A stretch of DNA of 53,813 bases, taken from the IMG/VR virus record IMGVR_UViG_3300032309_000894, positions 1-53,813 of that record. One strand, 5' to 3'. The notes under the pieces were generated by a model, which saw nothing but the letters and a program-made list of their open reading frames with translations, searched no databases and was not told where the DNA came from. This DNA comes from a virus. Lineage: Duplodnaviria > Caudoviricetes. Positions 9,541 through 19,894 of the stretch are shown piece after piece. The translations under genes were made by a program, and so were the position numbers. Within the stretch, counting starts at the first letter, position 1, and each line of letters starts with the position of its first letter.

Positions 9541-11365
9541 TTTTGATCTTCCTGATCTTAGGGGGTGGCGTTATCAGAGTTATGTCGTCGGGTGTTAGGT
9601 AGTTCGTGCATCCCAGGGCCACCGCGATCTTGATGGCTTCCTTGTGATACCACTCGTAATCCAAGTCCGGCGGGTGCTCAACCTTTTCGGGCAATTCCAT
9701 GCAGGCTCGGGCACCATCGGTTTTGGGCACCTTATTGCCATTCGTTTTGTACCGGATCGGCTCGAGGGCTGGGTCATTCGACTGATACCAGCGCACCACC
9801 TTGCCCAGGTATTTGTCCATCTGCTCGCCGCCACCCGTCACGTTGCGAGCAGAGATGAAATCGCAGAACGGGGCCGCCTTGATTGTCTCGAGGAACGGCA
9901 CACCCTTGGCCAGCCACTGCCCAGCCGCATCGGCGCACACCTGGGCGGTGGGATTTTTCTTCAGCGATAACGGGGCGTAAATGCCTTTGGTTTTCAACGA
10001 TCTATCCGGTTTTACAGCTATGTAGTTATTGACGTCTTTCATGGCGAGCACGCGGTAAGGCGTAAACTCAAAGCTGAATTTAGAAGTCTCGCCAAATTTT
10101 GCAACCGCCTGCTGAATGGCAGGGTCAATATTTTTCGGGTAGCGGATGGCGATGCCGTCAGTGTTGGCGCTGAGCGTGGTAGCACCGACAGCCTCGAGCC
10201 ACTCGATCAGCATCAGCAGCGTAAGCTGCCCGGTCAGCGTCACTGCCAGCATCAGATCGGGCGAGTAGAGCACCGAGTAGCGGCTGGCCAGTTTGCCAAA
10301 TGTGCCGTTAAGAGAAATCTTCAGCGTGCCATCGGTCACCTTGTCGCCTGCGCGCTTGGCCTCCAGCCGCCGGTCGTAGATCGTCCGATACTCCTCGATG
10401 AACCGCTGCCCCAGGTTTTCTGGCACGAACCCACACTCGAGGATGATGCTCGGGTAGAAGCTGGCGGCGTCGATGTCGCAGATCACGTCGTCGCCAGCGA
10501 CGTGGCACACCTTGCGATCATGCACGCTGTGGATACCGCCCACCCCGAGTTGGTACTCGCCTGTGCCAAACTTCACCGACGCATCGCCCAGGAAGTCAGG
10601 CAGCTTAACGTGACCGGTGGTTGCGTTGACCTCGAACTGACAGCCATCGACGCTGTTCAGAATGTGCTGAAGCCCGGCATCTCTGAACCGTAGGAACTTG
10701 GGGGCTGTATAGACAACGTGTGCCGGGATGTCGTTCTGCGCGCGTTGCAGGCCCATCGTCGTGATGTAGACCTGCTCAGCCATCTGGGCATCCGACTTGC
10801 TTCGCATGTCGACACCGTAGCGGCGGCTCATCTCCACTCGGAGAATAACCTCCTTCTCAAGCTGGTTGAGAAGCTCGGCGGTGGTCTCCACGTCGTTGTG
10901 GCAATACTCCAGCAGTAGGGCCTCCTGCCCAGGCTCAAGGAAGGCATCGTGTGCCAGGGGCATCTCTTGCAGGCGCGGCATGTGCATGCGAGCCCCGTAG
11001 GCTTTGAGGCCCACGAACGACGGCGCGACCTCGATCAAGTCGATGTGATCGGCAAACACGTCGATCAGCGCGAACTTCCGTGCCGAAATCCAGGGCGGCA
11101 CGTTGTTGGTTATGATGTCATCCGCGATGCGCTTGATCTCGAGTTCGGTGCGACCGGCGCAGAATGCCGAGACGATCAGGCTGTCGAACGACTTGGAATT
11201 GAACCCGACGAATGTCGCGCCCGTTTGGGCGAGGAACTGCTTCAGCCTACCAGGCGCGTTTGCCTCGTGACGCCACAGATCAAACCACGCACCCGTATCC
11301 ACGTTTTTGGCGCAGATCAGGGTGCGGTTCGGCATCGTCTCAGTGTCAAAAACCCAAGTCGCCAT
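9521..11365 (-). CDS. Family B-like DNA polymerase with 3'-5' exonuclease
   Basis: FDTE, FNxxxFD and YCxND exonuclease motifs; DAASFYPS, KISLNGTFG and NTDG polymerase motifs. Confidence 0.9.
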   Translation of the reverse strand: MATWVFDTETMPNRTLICAKNVDTGAWFDLWRHEANAPGRLKQFLAQTGATFVGFNSKSFDSLIVSAFCAGRTELEIKRIADDIITNNVPPWISARKFALIDVFADHIDLIEVAPSFVGLKAYGARMHMPRLQEMPLAHDAFLEPGQEALLLEYCHNDVETTAELLNQLEKEVILRVEMSRRYGVDMRSKSDAQMAEQVYITTMGLQRAQNDIPAHVVYTAPKFLRFRDAGLQHILNSVDGCQFEVNATTGHVKLPDFLGDASVKFGTGEYQLGVGGIHSVHDRKVCHVAGDDVICDIDAASFYPSIILECGFVPENLGQRFIEEYRTIYDRRLEAKRAGDKVTDGTLKISLNGTFGKLASRYSVLYSPDLMLAVTLTGQLTLLMLIEWLEAVGATTLSANTDGIAIRYPKNIDPAIQQAVAKFGETSKFSFEFTPYRVLAMKDVNNYIAVKPDRSLKTKGIYAPLSLKKNPTAQVCADAAGQWLAKGVPFLETIKAAPFCDFISARNVTGGGEQMDKYLGKVVRWYQSNDPALEPIRYKTNGNKVPKTDGARACMELPEKVEHPPDLDYEWYHKEAIKIAVALGCTNYLTPDDITLITPPPKIRKIKNGKPKQ

Positions 11366-11392
11366 TCTCAGTTATCCATTGCGGTCTACAGG

Positions 11393-11884
11393 CTAGAGCT
11401 TGGCCCGCAGGAAGTCCATCGAGCCCATGCGCTGATACCCGCCATCAATTTCGATCAGCAGGTTGGGGATCGACCCCTCTAGATGCTTCTCGATGAACCA
11501 CCAAAGCGCCTTAGCGGATGTCGGGCCCTGATACTCGATCAGTTGCATGTAGGGGATCATGCGCTCAACGTCGTGCTCTGTGTCGCCATCCTTCACCTTC
11601 TCCATATACCGATGCACACGGGCGGTAGCGATGAACCCGCACTGATCGGGCCGCATCCACTCAGGAAAGAATGCCTCTGTCAGATAGCCGCACTTGTAAG
11701 TGACGCAGGGGTTCTCGGGCCGGTCCTCATAGATCGAGCAGCCGCTGTTTTTGAGGAAAAAACACGGGCGACCCTTAAAGAAAAAATGGCCGTGGGCCTG
11801 CCCGCTCAGCGCGCCAGAGCAGCATGCCGAGCAATCCCCGCAGCTTTTTTTGAGGTCTTTGATCATGGTGATTTGAGTTGTCAT
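11393..11884 (-). CDS. YkgJ/CxxCxxCC cysteine-cluster protein
   Basis: CGDCSACC...C...CSIYEDRP..C...C. Confidence 0.75.
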   Translation of the reverse strand: MTTQITMIKDLKKSCGDCSACCSGALSGQAHGHFFFKGRPCFFLKNSGCSIYEDRPENPCVTYKCGYLTEAFFPEWMRPDQCGFIATARVHRYMEKVKDGDTEHDVERMIPYMQLIEYQGPTSAKALWWFIEKHLEGSIPNLLIEIDGGYQRMGSMDFLRAKL

Positions 11885-11896
11885 GAGTATGCCTTT

Positions 11897-12346
11897 CTAA
11901 ACGAATTTCGCACCAACCGGCTCATCCGGCTGATTTTGGTATTTACCGTCAGCGTAGCTGGCCTCTTGCAGGAGGCTGTGAAACAGCACCTGGGCGATGC
12001 CCGCGCCTGCCGGGATCAGAAGCTCACCATTGCCATGATAGACCAGTTCCAGGGTCAGGTAGCCCTCCCATTTGGGCTCGAGCAGGGTGTTGAACACGCT
12101 GAGACCCTGCCGAGCCCAAGTCGATTTGTCATGCACGACACCGACCAGATGGTTCGGCATCTCAAACCGCTCTATCGTCGACGCCAGAACGAATTTGTTC
12201 TGAGGGTTCAGCCGCACCTCCTGCTTGATGCGGACATCATACCCTGCCTCAGTCAGGCCATAACTGACGCCATGCTCGCGCCGCTTGCCGTCAACCATCG
12301 GTGTCAGTGGGCAGCACCGCAGCAATGATTTTCCGTTAATTATCAT
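11897..12346 (-). CDS. dcd: dCTP deaminase/dUTPase superfamily protein
   Basis: AGYDVR, KSTWARQG, EPKWEGYLTLE, IAQ, GKYQ. Confidence 0.8.
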   Translation of the reverse strand: MIINGKSLLRCCPLTPMVDGKRREHGVSYGLTEAGYDVRIKQEVRLNPQNKFVLASTIERFEMPNHLVGVVHDKSTWARQGLSVFNTLLEPKWEGYLTLELVYHGNGELLIPAGAGIAQVLFHSLLQEASYADGKYQNQPDEPVGAKFV

Positions 12347-12899
12347 AAAATTTCTCCAGCATATCAGCAGCTTTTCTTAACCAAACAGGGCTGTCTCGAA
12401 ACGCGCCTAATCCGCGATTGCAGTGACAACATAAAATAAAACGCACTTGCTTTGTTTTATGACAGTGATCGATATTCCAATCGCCATTTTTGTTTCCAGA
12501 ATCTTCAGAAAAACAAATAGCGCATTTACGACCTTGTTTATTAAAAAGCTCTTCAAAATCTTGCGGTGTCATTCTAGCGCCACCACCTCTTTTTTTCATG
12601 TTTATCATTTCACGACGATCTAAATTTTTTCGCAAATTAGCGTGAAATTCTCGTTGTTTTTTACGACAATTTTCAATATTGCGATTATAATAATTTTTAG
12701 ACCTTTCGGTTGCTAACGCGCGAACTTTTTCAGGATTTTTTGCCAGTCTTTTTTGATGACTTTCCTTGTTGTCTTCATTAACGCAAGTTTTGCATCTGGG
12801 CGTAATGCCAAATTTTCCACCAGCGTTACGATAAAAAAATTCAAGTGTTGCCGGAAAATTAATTTTGCATTTACGGCATGTTTTGGTTAAATCAACCAT
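12336..12899 (-). CDS. Endonuclease VII-type HNH homing endonuclease
   Basis: CAIC...IDHCH...VRFILCCHCNRGLG; visibly AT-rich insert. Confidence 0.85.
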   Translation of the reverse strand: MVDLTKTCRKCKINFPATLEFFYRNAGGKFGITPRCKTCVNEDNKESHQKRLAKNPEKVRALATERSKNYYNRNIENCRKKQREFHANLRKNLDRREMINMKKRGGGARMTPQDFEELFNKQGRKCAICFSEDSGNKNGDWNIDHCHKTKQVRFILCCHCNRGLGAFRDSPVWLRKAADMLEKFYDN

Positions 12900-12905
12900 A
12901 TTACC

Positions 12906-15029
12906 TCACAGGTTATATTTGTTTTCGTCGTCGGTCGGTTTTGGTTCGGCAACGCGGATGTAATGGGTTTGCCGCCCCTTGGGGGTGTCAAGTTCGACGA
13001 TCTCGATGATGCCCTTATCCAGCAGTGTGTCTATCGCCTGCAATTTGCGCTCCTTAGAGCCTTTCACGCCGCCTTGGGCAACGGTCAGACGCTCGTAATA
13101 GGTGCGGGATTGCTTCTCGTTGTTGCGGATCAGGTTCAGCATCTCAGCACAGAGGGCGGACACCTGCTCGTCCTCGCGCTTCTGTTTCAAGTCTTCCTTC
13201 AACTGGGTGCGCTCGCCGGATTTCAGAGGCCGGGCGACCGAATGCGAGAACCAGATTTCCTTGTCATAGCCCAGGATGTCTTTGTGCGTTTCGGAATTGC
13301 TGATCAGATCAAAAGACAGTTCGTCGAATGCGGTCGGAAACCGCACCTTGGTGGCTTTGAGTACGCGCGGGGCGTCATTCGTCTCACCATCGCGGAAAAC
13401 CAAATAGACACCCTGGGCATCGCCGGTCCATGCGGATGCACCGCGCGGGCTCAGGAAATCTGACTCGAGCGAGCCCAGGGCCTTCGCCGTGTGCGTGATA
13501 ATAATCAACGGGAAATCGACAAACGATTCTTTAACGTGCGCCATGGCCTTGCCAACCTCGGCGTTATCGTTCTCGTTCTCCAGATCAAAAACTGCATTCG
13601 CTGTATCAAACACCACCAGCGGCAGCGCAGAATAAAACGATCCATCCGCTTTTTCATTCTCGACGGTCCATCCCCGATACTCCTCAGCCACCTGCGCCAC
13701 GATCTTAGGATCAAGCCGCTTGGCATGAATGATCTTGATGCGGTCTTCAAACACCTGGGCGTCACTGCCGACATATCCCCAGTTAAAAACCGAGTAGATG
13801 ACCCGCTGCACCTGCACGACGGACTCAGTGACGATGATCACATTGCGCCGGATCGAAGGCTTGAGTGCGTAGTCTGGCGGGCAGATGTGCGCGGCGGTCA
13901 GGGCCAGCGGCACGATCAACGTGGTCTTGCCGACACCTGGGGCACCGGCAATGACGTTCACGCCCACGCTCATGTAGTCGTCAAAGATGTATTCAAAAAC
14001 GAACACCTTGCTCGCGCCCGACTGAGGCTCGGCACGGGACAAACTGAGTGGGTGCTCGCCTTTCGCAATCTTGGCTTCTGGCACCGCAGGCTTGTCGTTG
14101 TTGCCCTGCCAGCCATTGTCGATGGCCATGCGAAATATCGAGCGATAGGTGATCGAATGGGGCCGGTCGATGTCTCGATCCCATTTCCGGCGTTGGGCCG
14201 CCGCGTCAAATTTTTCGGACTTCGACGCCCATTCGGTCCAAATCTTGTAACCGTTCTCGCCGTAGGGTTTGAGCACTAACCCGACATTTACCCAAGTCGT
14301 ATAGTCATCCGCATCGACGTGCCGCAGGGCGGATCGCAGGTCGTCAAATGTCTGAGCGGTGGCGACCGGCGCGCCGTTGCGCTCGACGAGGCTGTAGTTG
14401 ACCGCTGACCGGCCCCGGCTTGCGATATAGTCGGGCAGGGGTGCGGGCTTCGCCGGGTGTGACTTGCTGATGGGCGACCGGCCCTGAGCCCACCGGTAAT
14501 CGCCGCTGGTGCCGAGCGTGGGTGCCACGCAGATGTAGCCGTGGTGTTTTAGGTCGAGACCCTCGCCCAGCGTGCCCGGGTACGACATCTCGGGATCGGC
14601 GACGAACACCCGATGCTCTCCACCGCCCTGCGTGATGGCCACGCAATCGGAGTGCAGCACACCATGCTCGGCCTCGATCTGTGCCAGCGTGTCGCGCCCG
14701 TCATTGCGCGGATCAATGTCGAGTGCCAGCAAGCCCGACGCAGCAAGGCTGATGCCGATGCCCGCATCCGGGTCAACAGCCCACCAGTCCCTGATCACCT
14801 GCTCATCGGCGCTCGCATCCTGATGCCCGTGCGGAACCAGATTGCTTTGCGGGTGTTTGCCGGGCGTGTGCCCCTTCTCGCCGTGCGGGCGACCGCACCG
14901 GCACTGGCCGTGGGCGTCGACAGACCACACAGGCAGGACGTGCCAGCCCAAACGCGCATAGGCCAAGGCGTAATCGACCGGCTTCGGCTGATCCTCGACA
15001 ACCCAAATATGCGAGGGAGGTTTCGCCAT
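12906..15029 (-). CDS. Bifunctional primase-polymerase with PriCT-2 and RepA/AAA_25-like ATPase domains
   Basis: GKHP, LDID, GGGEH, YTTWVNVG..W..W, GAPGVGKT. Confidence 0.85.
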   Translation of the reverse strand: MAKPPSHIWVVEDQPKPVDYALAYARLGWHVLPVWSVDAHGQCRCGRPHGEKGHTPGKHPQSNLVPHGHQDASADEQVIRDWWAVDPDAGIGISLAASGLLALDIDPRNDGRDTLAQIEAEHGVLHSDCVAITQGGGEHRVFVADPEMSYPGTLGEGLDLKHHGYICVAPTLGTSGDYRWAQGRSPISKSHPAKPAPLPDYIASRGRSAVNYSLVERNGAPVATAQTFDDLRSALRHVDADDYTTWVNVGLVLKPYGENGYKIWTEWASKSEKFDAAAQRRKWDRDIDRPHSITYRSIFRMAIDNGWQGNNDKPAVPEAKIAKGEHPLSLSRAEPQSGASKVFVFEYIFDDYMSVGVNVIAGAPGVGKTTLIVPLALTAAHICPPDYALKPSIRRNVIIVTESVVQVQRVIYSVFNWGYVGSDAQVFEDRIKIIHAKRLDPKIVAQVAEEYRGWTVENEKADGSFYSALPLVVFDTANAVFDLENENDNAEVGKAMAHVKESFVDFPLIIITHTAKALGSLESDFLSPRGASAWTGDAQGVYLVFRDGETNDAPRVLKATKVRFPTAFDELSFDLISNSETHKDILGYDKEIWFSHSVARPLKSGERTQLKEDLKQKREDEQVSALCAEMLNLIRNNEKQSRTYYERLTVAQGGVKGSKERKLQAIDTLLDKGIIEIVELDTPKGRQTHYIRVAEPKPTDDENKYNL

Positions 15030-16558
15030 TAGAAATGTTCCTCGACCACGTTCCAGTATCGTCCCTTTTTGGCGACGGTCAGCGTCGCGGGTTTCCGCGC
15101 GCCCTTGATCTGCCAGGAGAGCGACTTTGCCGGAGATGGTAGGTGAACAACAAGGCCCCGATTGCTAAAAAACTCATGTGTTTTCTGGTGTGGCGTTTCA
15201 GTTGTGACGAATGCCGTCGCGTCGATCCGGGCACCCTCATCGGTGGTGCAGGCGTATTTCACCAGCAACACGGTTTCATATCGAGCCTTCAGGGTGAATG
15301 ACACCGCGCTGACGCCATGAACCGTGACATGCAGCAGTGAGCCGTCTTTAGCCGCTTGGCCGCTCATCGGGTCAATCGGTGTGAGCTTACGCAGGCCCGG
15401 ATAAATCTTGCGCTCTTTCTTCACATACGGCGCGCGTGGTTCGGCGGCGTCGACCGGCTCGAGGCTCTCCTCGCGGTAAAATGTCTCATACATATCCACG
15501 CCGCCCAGGCGGATCAGATTGCCCGCATAATCCAACACAAGGCAGTTGCGCTTGTCAGGATGCAGCCGCGTGCCGCGACCCTGTATCTGCACCCAGAGAG
15601 ATGATGAGAGGGTGGGCCGCAGGCAGACGATGCAATCCATCGCGGGAAAATCAAACCCCGTCGTGATCATGTCCACAGAGCAGAGCACGCGCACGGCACC
15701 CGACATAAAATCACCCAGGGCCACCTGCCGCTCATCCGGCGACATGCCAGAATGCAGCACGGTCACGGGCCAGCCGGTGATCTGCCGGATCAACGCAGCG
15801 GTCTTTGTCGCCGCTTTGACAGTCGGGCAATAGACCCCAATGTGCTGGCGCTTGTCGGCTAGCTTGAGCATCGACCTCGCCACAGACCTAAGCCATGCCT
15901 CGGTCTGGGCGGCTTCGACCTCAGACTGCACAAAATCACCACTCACGGCGATCTTCTGCACATCAAGCTGGATCGAGGTCTCGACACCGACCAGCGGGCA
16001 CAGCCATCCGTCATCCACCGCGCGCGGCACTGTGTAGCTGTAAGCCAGAGTGTTGAACCAAAATTGCGGCCCGCTGCCATGAATGATGCCGTTGTCCATG
16101 CGCCAGGGCGTGGCAGTCATGGCCACCCGGCGGGCGTCTGGATAGCGGCTGAGCACCGTTTCATATTGGCTCGGCTCACCCTCGTTGTGCGGCACCCGGT
16201 GAGCCTCGTCGATGACGATCAGGTCCGGGGCGATCAGCTTGTCGAGCATGCCGGTGACGCTCTGGATCGTGCCATACGTCACGCCGCCCTGTGTGTCTCG
16301 GCGACCAAGGCTGGCGCACACGATGGCCGGTGCAATGCCAACATATCGCTCGTAGGTCGCAGCGTTTTGCTTAACCAATTGCTGCACATGCGTGAGCACC
16401 CACACCTGCCTGTTGGTGGCGCGGTAGTGCTCTGCCAGGGCGGCAATTATGAGGGACTTACCGGTGCCGGTAGCAAGCTGAAGCACCGGGTTAGAGCCCA
16501 GCGCCAACGCTACAATAGCGGCGTCGACGGCGTCTTTCTGATAGGGTCGCAGTTGCAT
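15029..16558 (-). CDS. SF2 DEAH helicase
   Basis: LRPYQ, TGTGKS, DEAH, TAT, TGFD, QxxGRxxR. Confidence 0.9.
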   Translation of the reverse strand: MQLRPYQKDAVDAAIVALALGSNPVLQLATGTGKSLIIAALAEHYRATNRQVWVLTHVQQLVKQNAATYERYVGIAPAIVCASLGRRDTQGGVTYGTIQSVTGMLDKLIAPDLIVIDEAHRVPHNEGEPSQYETVLSRYPDARRVAMTATPWRMDNGIIHGSGPQFWFNTLAYSYTVPRAVDDGWLCPLVGVETSIQLDVQKIAVSGDFVQSEVEAAQTEAWLRSVARSMLKLADKRQHIGVYCPTVKAATKTAALIRQITGWPVTVLHSGMSPDERQVALGDFMSGAVRVLCSVDMITTGFDFPAMDCIVCLRPTLSSSLWVQIQGRGTRLHPDKRNCLVLDYAGNLIRLGGVDMYETFYREESLEPVDAAEPRAPYVKKERKIYPGLRKLTPIDPMSGQAAKDGSLLHVTVHGVSAVSFTLKARYETVLLVKYACTTDEGARIDATAFVTTETPHQKTHEFFSNRGLVVHLPSPAKSLSWQIKGARKPATLTVAKKGRYWNVVEEHF

Positions 16559-16597
16559 GGCAGTGCCTCAGTTATCGGTTATGATTGGGCTATATCT

Positions 16598-16843
16598 CTA
16601 TCTAGCCCATTTGCCCAGTAGCACGGTTTCGCCTTCGTCACGACGCTGCACCGTGGCGATGATACCGTCACTGTAAAATGAGTAATATGGCGTCATGTCG
16701 ACTGGCGAAAAGCACCAGCCCCACACGCGTGTGGCGTGTGGGCATCGTGCTATGATTTTCCAATTCTGAGCCAAATCATTGACGCTATGCGCCTCCTCCT
16801 GCGTGGATATGACCGGCCCAGCACTCAATCCGATGTTGTCCAT
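16598..16843 (-). CDS. Hypothetical protein
   Basis: Tightly packed ORF with start/stop overlap. Confidence 0.5.
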   Translation of the reverse strand: MDNIGLSAGPVISTQEEAHSVNDLAQNWKIIARCPHATRVWGWCFSPVDMTPYYSFYSDGIIATVQRRDEGETVLLGKWAR

Positions 16844-17049
16844 TATCTCTTTTCCGTGGGTTTAACGCGGCCAATGGTGATGTTGTTGTCGGCGCGAATG
16901 TCTTTGTTGCTCCAGCACCAGCACTCGCCATCCGCCTGAAACACGACCCACATCAAATCGTGCTCGAGGCCATAGTCAATCACTAGTTGTGCCATGCCTT
17001 TGCCGATGGGCGTCGTCATCGGGATTGGCGGATTGAGTTGAGTGATCAT
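16843..17049 (-). CDS. Hypothetical protein (MITQLNPPIP...)
   Basis: Start re-called at an ATGA overlap with a GGAGG RBS. Confidence 0.6.
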   Translation of the reverse strand: MITQLNPPIPMTTPIGKGMAQLVIDYGLEHDLMWVVFQADGECWCWSNKDIRADNNITIGRVKPTEKR

Positions 17050-17387
17050 GGCTTCACCTCCAGGGCTGCGCGGGCCTTTGCACCACCATCCCACCGCTGA
17101 GCCGCCGCTGATGGGCCGCCCTGGCCGTACCAAGTCAGCGCTTCCCGCAGCCGCGCGTTCTCGGCGCGAAGGGCGTCATACTCCATATCTTTTGTCAGCC
17201 GCGCAGGCACCACCGCCCACCCTGCCGCGCGGATTGCGGCGAGAGCTGCGTCTGCCTCCATCTCACGATACGACTGCTCGATTTTACTGACATCCATCCA
17301 AGCGGATTCCCCGCCATAGACTGAATCGTGCATCGCCTTAGCCATGCACTGGACAAGGTCGGTTTCGTCTTTTGCTGGTTCGCTCAT
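17046..17387 (-). CDS. Hypothetical protein
   Basis: ATGA-coupled ORF. Confidence 0.5.
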   Translation of the reverse strand: MSEPAKDETDLVQCMAKAMHDSVYGGESAWMDVSKIEQSYREMEADAALAAIRAAGWAVVPARLTKDMEYDALRAENARLREALTWYGQGGPSAAAQRWDGGAKARAALEVKP

Positions 17388-17749
17388 TCCACAATCCCCC
17401 AATGGCTAATGCTTGCAGGTTCTGCTGTCCCCGGCTCCCACCAGCGCAGCATGGACTTGATTGCTCGCGGTAGTTCCATGTCGCGTTCATATTGATGTTG
17501 GTTCGACCGATACATGTCGTAAAATTCTTCCAGTTCCTTAACGGCTACCACCATCAACGGGCGCACCTGCTCCAGCCTCACCCGCATATCCAGCAATTGC
17601 CTTATGTGCTGACGTGATATTTCGGCGGTCGCCTCGATGTAATTGGCGGCGGCATCCAGCAGGGCGACATGGCTGATGAGGGCTTCCGGGCTGTTTGCCA
17701 GGGCGCGCAGGTCGGTGATCATGTCGGGGATTGGGCGCATCTTGTTCAT
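17384..17749 (-). CDS. Hypothetical protein
   Basis: ATGA-coupled ORF. Confidence 0.5.
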   Translation of the reverse strand: MNKMRPIPDMITDLRALANSPEALISHVALLDAAANYIEATAEISRQHIRQLLDMRVRLEQVRPLMVVAVKELEEFYDMYRSNQHQYERDMELPRAIKSMLRWWEPGTAEPASISHWGIVE

Positions 17750-18258
17750 TGTCTCATTTCCTTTCGATTTTTTGCATTTGTGTAAATTCTGAGAGCCTCG
17801 GCCCGGGCCTGCTCAGCAGGTATGCCGCGCGATCTGAATGATTCGGTCATGCGGATCACGGTGTCGGGCACTTCGTCAGTCATTTTCGGCACGATGCGGG
17901 TTTTCATTGGTATAGCAATCGTATTGAGGTTAATCACAGGCGGCTTTCGGTACCGCGAAAATTTCGGATTATCTGACGTGTACCGTGACACCGACTGCCT
18001 GCTGACACCGGTGATGCGAGAAACATCTCGCAAAGAAAAACCAGCCTGTCGCAATTCGACGACCTGTTGAATTTTCTCTGCACTCAAAGACACGCCCTGT
18101 TTAAAATTCTGCGGCAATAGGTTAGCGCAAATTTTTTGGGCGGTTATCCGCGAGCACAAAAATTCAACGGCAAGATCGTCGAGAGACACACCGGCAAGCC
18201 TGCGCTGGCGCATTGTCTCGCGCTCCGCTGGCGTGAAGGGTTTGCGAGGGAACTTCAT
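17746..18258 (-). CDS. Tandem helix-turn-helix protein
   Basis: GVSLDDLAVEF..SRITA and GFSLRDVSRITGVSRQSVSRY. Confidence 0.65.
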   Translation of the reverse strand: MKFPRKPFTPAERETMRQRRLAGVSLDDLAVEFLCSRITAQKICANLLPQNFKQGVSLSAEKIQQVVELRQAGFSLRDVSRITGVSRQSVSRYTSDNPKFSRYRKPPVINLNTIAIPMKTRIVPKMTDEVPDTVIRMTESFRSRGIPAEQARAEALRIYTNAKNRKEMRQ

Positions 18259-18443
18259 TCTGCGTTTTCCTCTCGCAGGGCGTCGCTCAGGGCCTGTGCT
18301 GCGCTGAGCATCGCGTTTCTAGCGCGGTCATACGACCCGTTACTATATGCCATATCGTCGGAATATTGGACATCGATCATTGCATTGAGTGCTCGATCTA
18401 GCGCAGCACGCAGAGTGTCGATGTCAGGCTTTTCTACGGTCAC
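18255..18443 (-). CDS. Hypothetical protein
   Basis: GTGA-coupled start with GAGGAG RBS. Confidence 0.5.
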   Translation of the reverse strand: MTVEKPDIDTLRAALDRALNAMIDVQYSDDMAYSNGSYDRARNAMLSAAQALSDALREENAE

Positions 18444-18931
18444 TGGGCGGTCTCCTCGCGTTTGCGGTACATGGTCAACGCATATGCCCAGGCGGCACCG
18501 CCAAAAACCTTGGCAACAAACTGTAGAGCGATGATGTGCGGCATCAAAACCCCAAAAGCCAACGTCGGAAAAACAATTGAATCCACCAATGCGCCTGCGG
18601 CGTTTGATCCGTTTACTCGGGTCAACCATGCCCCTCGCATCCGAGCAAAAACGCCCCAGTCGACAATAGCAGCAACCGTAAATGCAACCGCAGACGCGAG
18701 AGCTATCGCTCCGGCGGTTGGGTTTAGGGCGTAAGTAAGAAAACCCGTGGCAGAAATGAGAGCGCCCATTTGCCATATTTTCAAACGGCTATGTAGCCAA
18801 TCTCGCAAAGCCAAATCTAATCCAATAAACAGAAAAGCATTTATGGGTGACACCCATGGCCCAAAAGCAGCAATCGAAAGATTAGCCGCAGTTATGGCAG
18901 TGGCATACACCGTCATGGCGATGTAAAGCAT
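18440..18931 (-). CDS. VUT/YhhQ-like membrane protein (queuosine-precursor transporter family)
   Basis: Multi-TM; AAN, LRD, VD, SN...VDSIVF..LAFG and Q...K pattern. Confidence 0.7.
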   Translation of the reverse strand: MLYIAMTVYATAITAANLSIAAFGPWVSPINAFLFIGLDLALRDWLHSRLKIWQMGALISATGFLTYALNPTAGAIALASAVAFTVAAIVDWGVFARMRGAWLTRVNGSNAAGALVDSIVFPTLAFGVLMPHIIALQFVAKVFGGAAWAYALTMYRKREETAQ

Positions 18932-18933
18932 GT

Positions 18934-19650
18934 TTATTCCTTAAAGTTATATGTTGATGGAGAGTTATGGGCTTCTATTCGACTCCGCATAACAAGCGCG
19001 CGAGCTTCTTTTGTGGGGGGCTGATAAGTACCCTTTGCCCATTTTTTATCTATACCCACATTTCTGCCAATGTTTGTGGAATCAGCACTGGCAAATGGAA
19101 TGCGAGTGAACACTTTGGGGTTCAACATTCGCAGTCCATGCAATTTGCATACAGGTCGGCCATCTGTATCACACAACACGGGCATAGCCTGTTCTATCCG
19201 ATCCCACCAAGCCGGTGTGCCTACAGTGGCATATTCACCAGAACTGCCAATGCAGATGCGCGGATACGATCTTGCTAACCGATTTAACCGATCAAGGCTT
19301 TCGTGCATGTGCCAGACAGGTGCCCCGAACCATCGAGGCAACGGCCACTCGTCCAGCAGTTCATCGTTTGCAGTTTCGTCGCCGTCTATGACATCGGGGA
19401 TCACCGCAAAATCGCAAGCCGGGAAGCGGCGGCAATGATCGGCCCAGGCATAAAACGGACGCCAATCAACTACTGGGCGACCGGCTTTCCATGCGGAAAA
19501 GGCCCCGTTGTCAATGGCAAATGATTGGCACACCTCCACCGCGACGTTTAATTGATCCGCGTGAGCAAAGCTCACAAAAGCGTGGCCAGCATTTATGGCG
19601 CTGACAGCCGCCGTTGCCGGTGTGATGGGTAACCCGTGGTAATGGATCAC
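18934..19650 (-). CDS. TGT/DpdA-like transglycosylase-fold protein
   Basis: IDNGAFS, PDVI, PVWH, LHGL and SADST appear in TGT motif order; adjacent to VUT gene. Confidence 0.55.
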   Translation of the reverse strand: MIHYHGLPITPATAAVSAINAGHAFVSFAHADQLNVAVEVCQSFAIDNGAFSAWKAGRPVVDWRPFYAWADHCRRFPACDFAVIPDVIDGDETANDELLDEWPLPRWFGAPVWHMHESLDRLNRLARSYPRICIGSSGEYATVGTPAWWDRIEQAMPVLCDTDGRPVCKLHGLRMLNPKVFTRIPFASADSTNIGRNVGIDKKWAKGTYQPPTKEARALVMRSRIEAHNSPSTYNFKE

Positions 19651-19877
19651 GACTTGCTCACAGCGGCGTCTTCGCGTTTGCGGTACATGACTACTCTGAC
19701 GACGCCGAGAGCCTCCAGCATGGCTCTGCCGGGCTCACAGCGTGAATTTAAGACGTTGCTCACATAGGGGGACGATATGCCGTGGGCGTCGGCCCACTTT
19801 TTCTGGCCACCGGCTGCCGTGCATGCGTCTGTCAGCAGTCGACAGACGTCCACATGGTCGATGTAATATGTGGTCAT
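19647..19877 (-). CDS. Cro/XRE-like HTH regulator
   Basis: GGQKKWADAHGISSPYVSNVL...P....ALG. Confidence 0.7.
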   Translation of the reverse strand: MTTYYIDHVDVCRLLTDACTAAGGQKKWADAHGISSPYVSNVLNSRCEPGRAMLEALGVVRVVMYRKREDAAVSKS

Positions 19878-19894
19878 GTGTTCCCTCTATCGAG

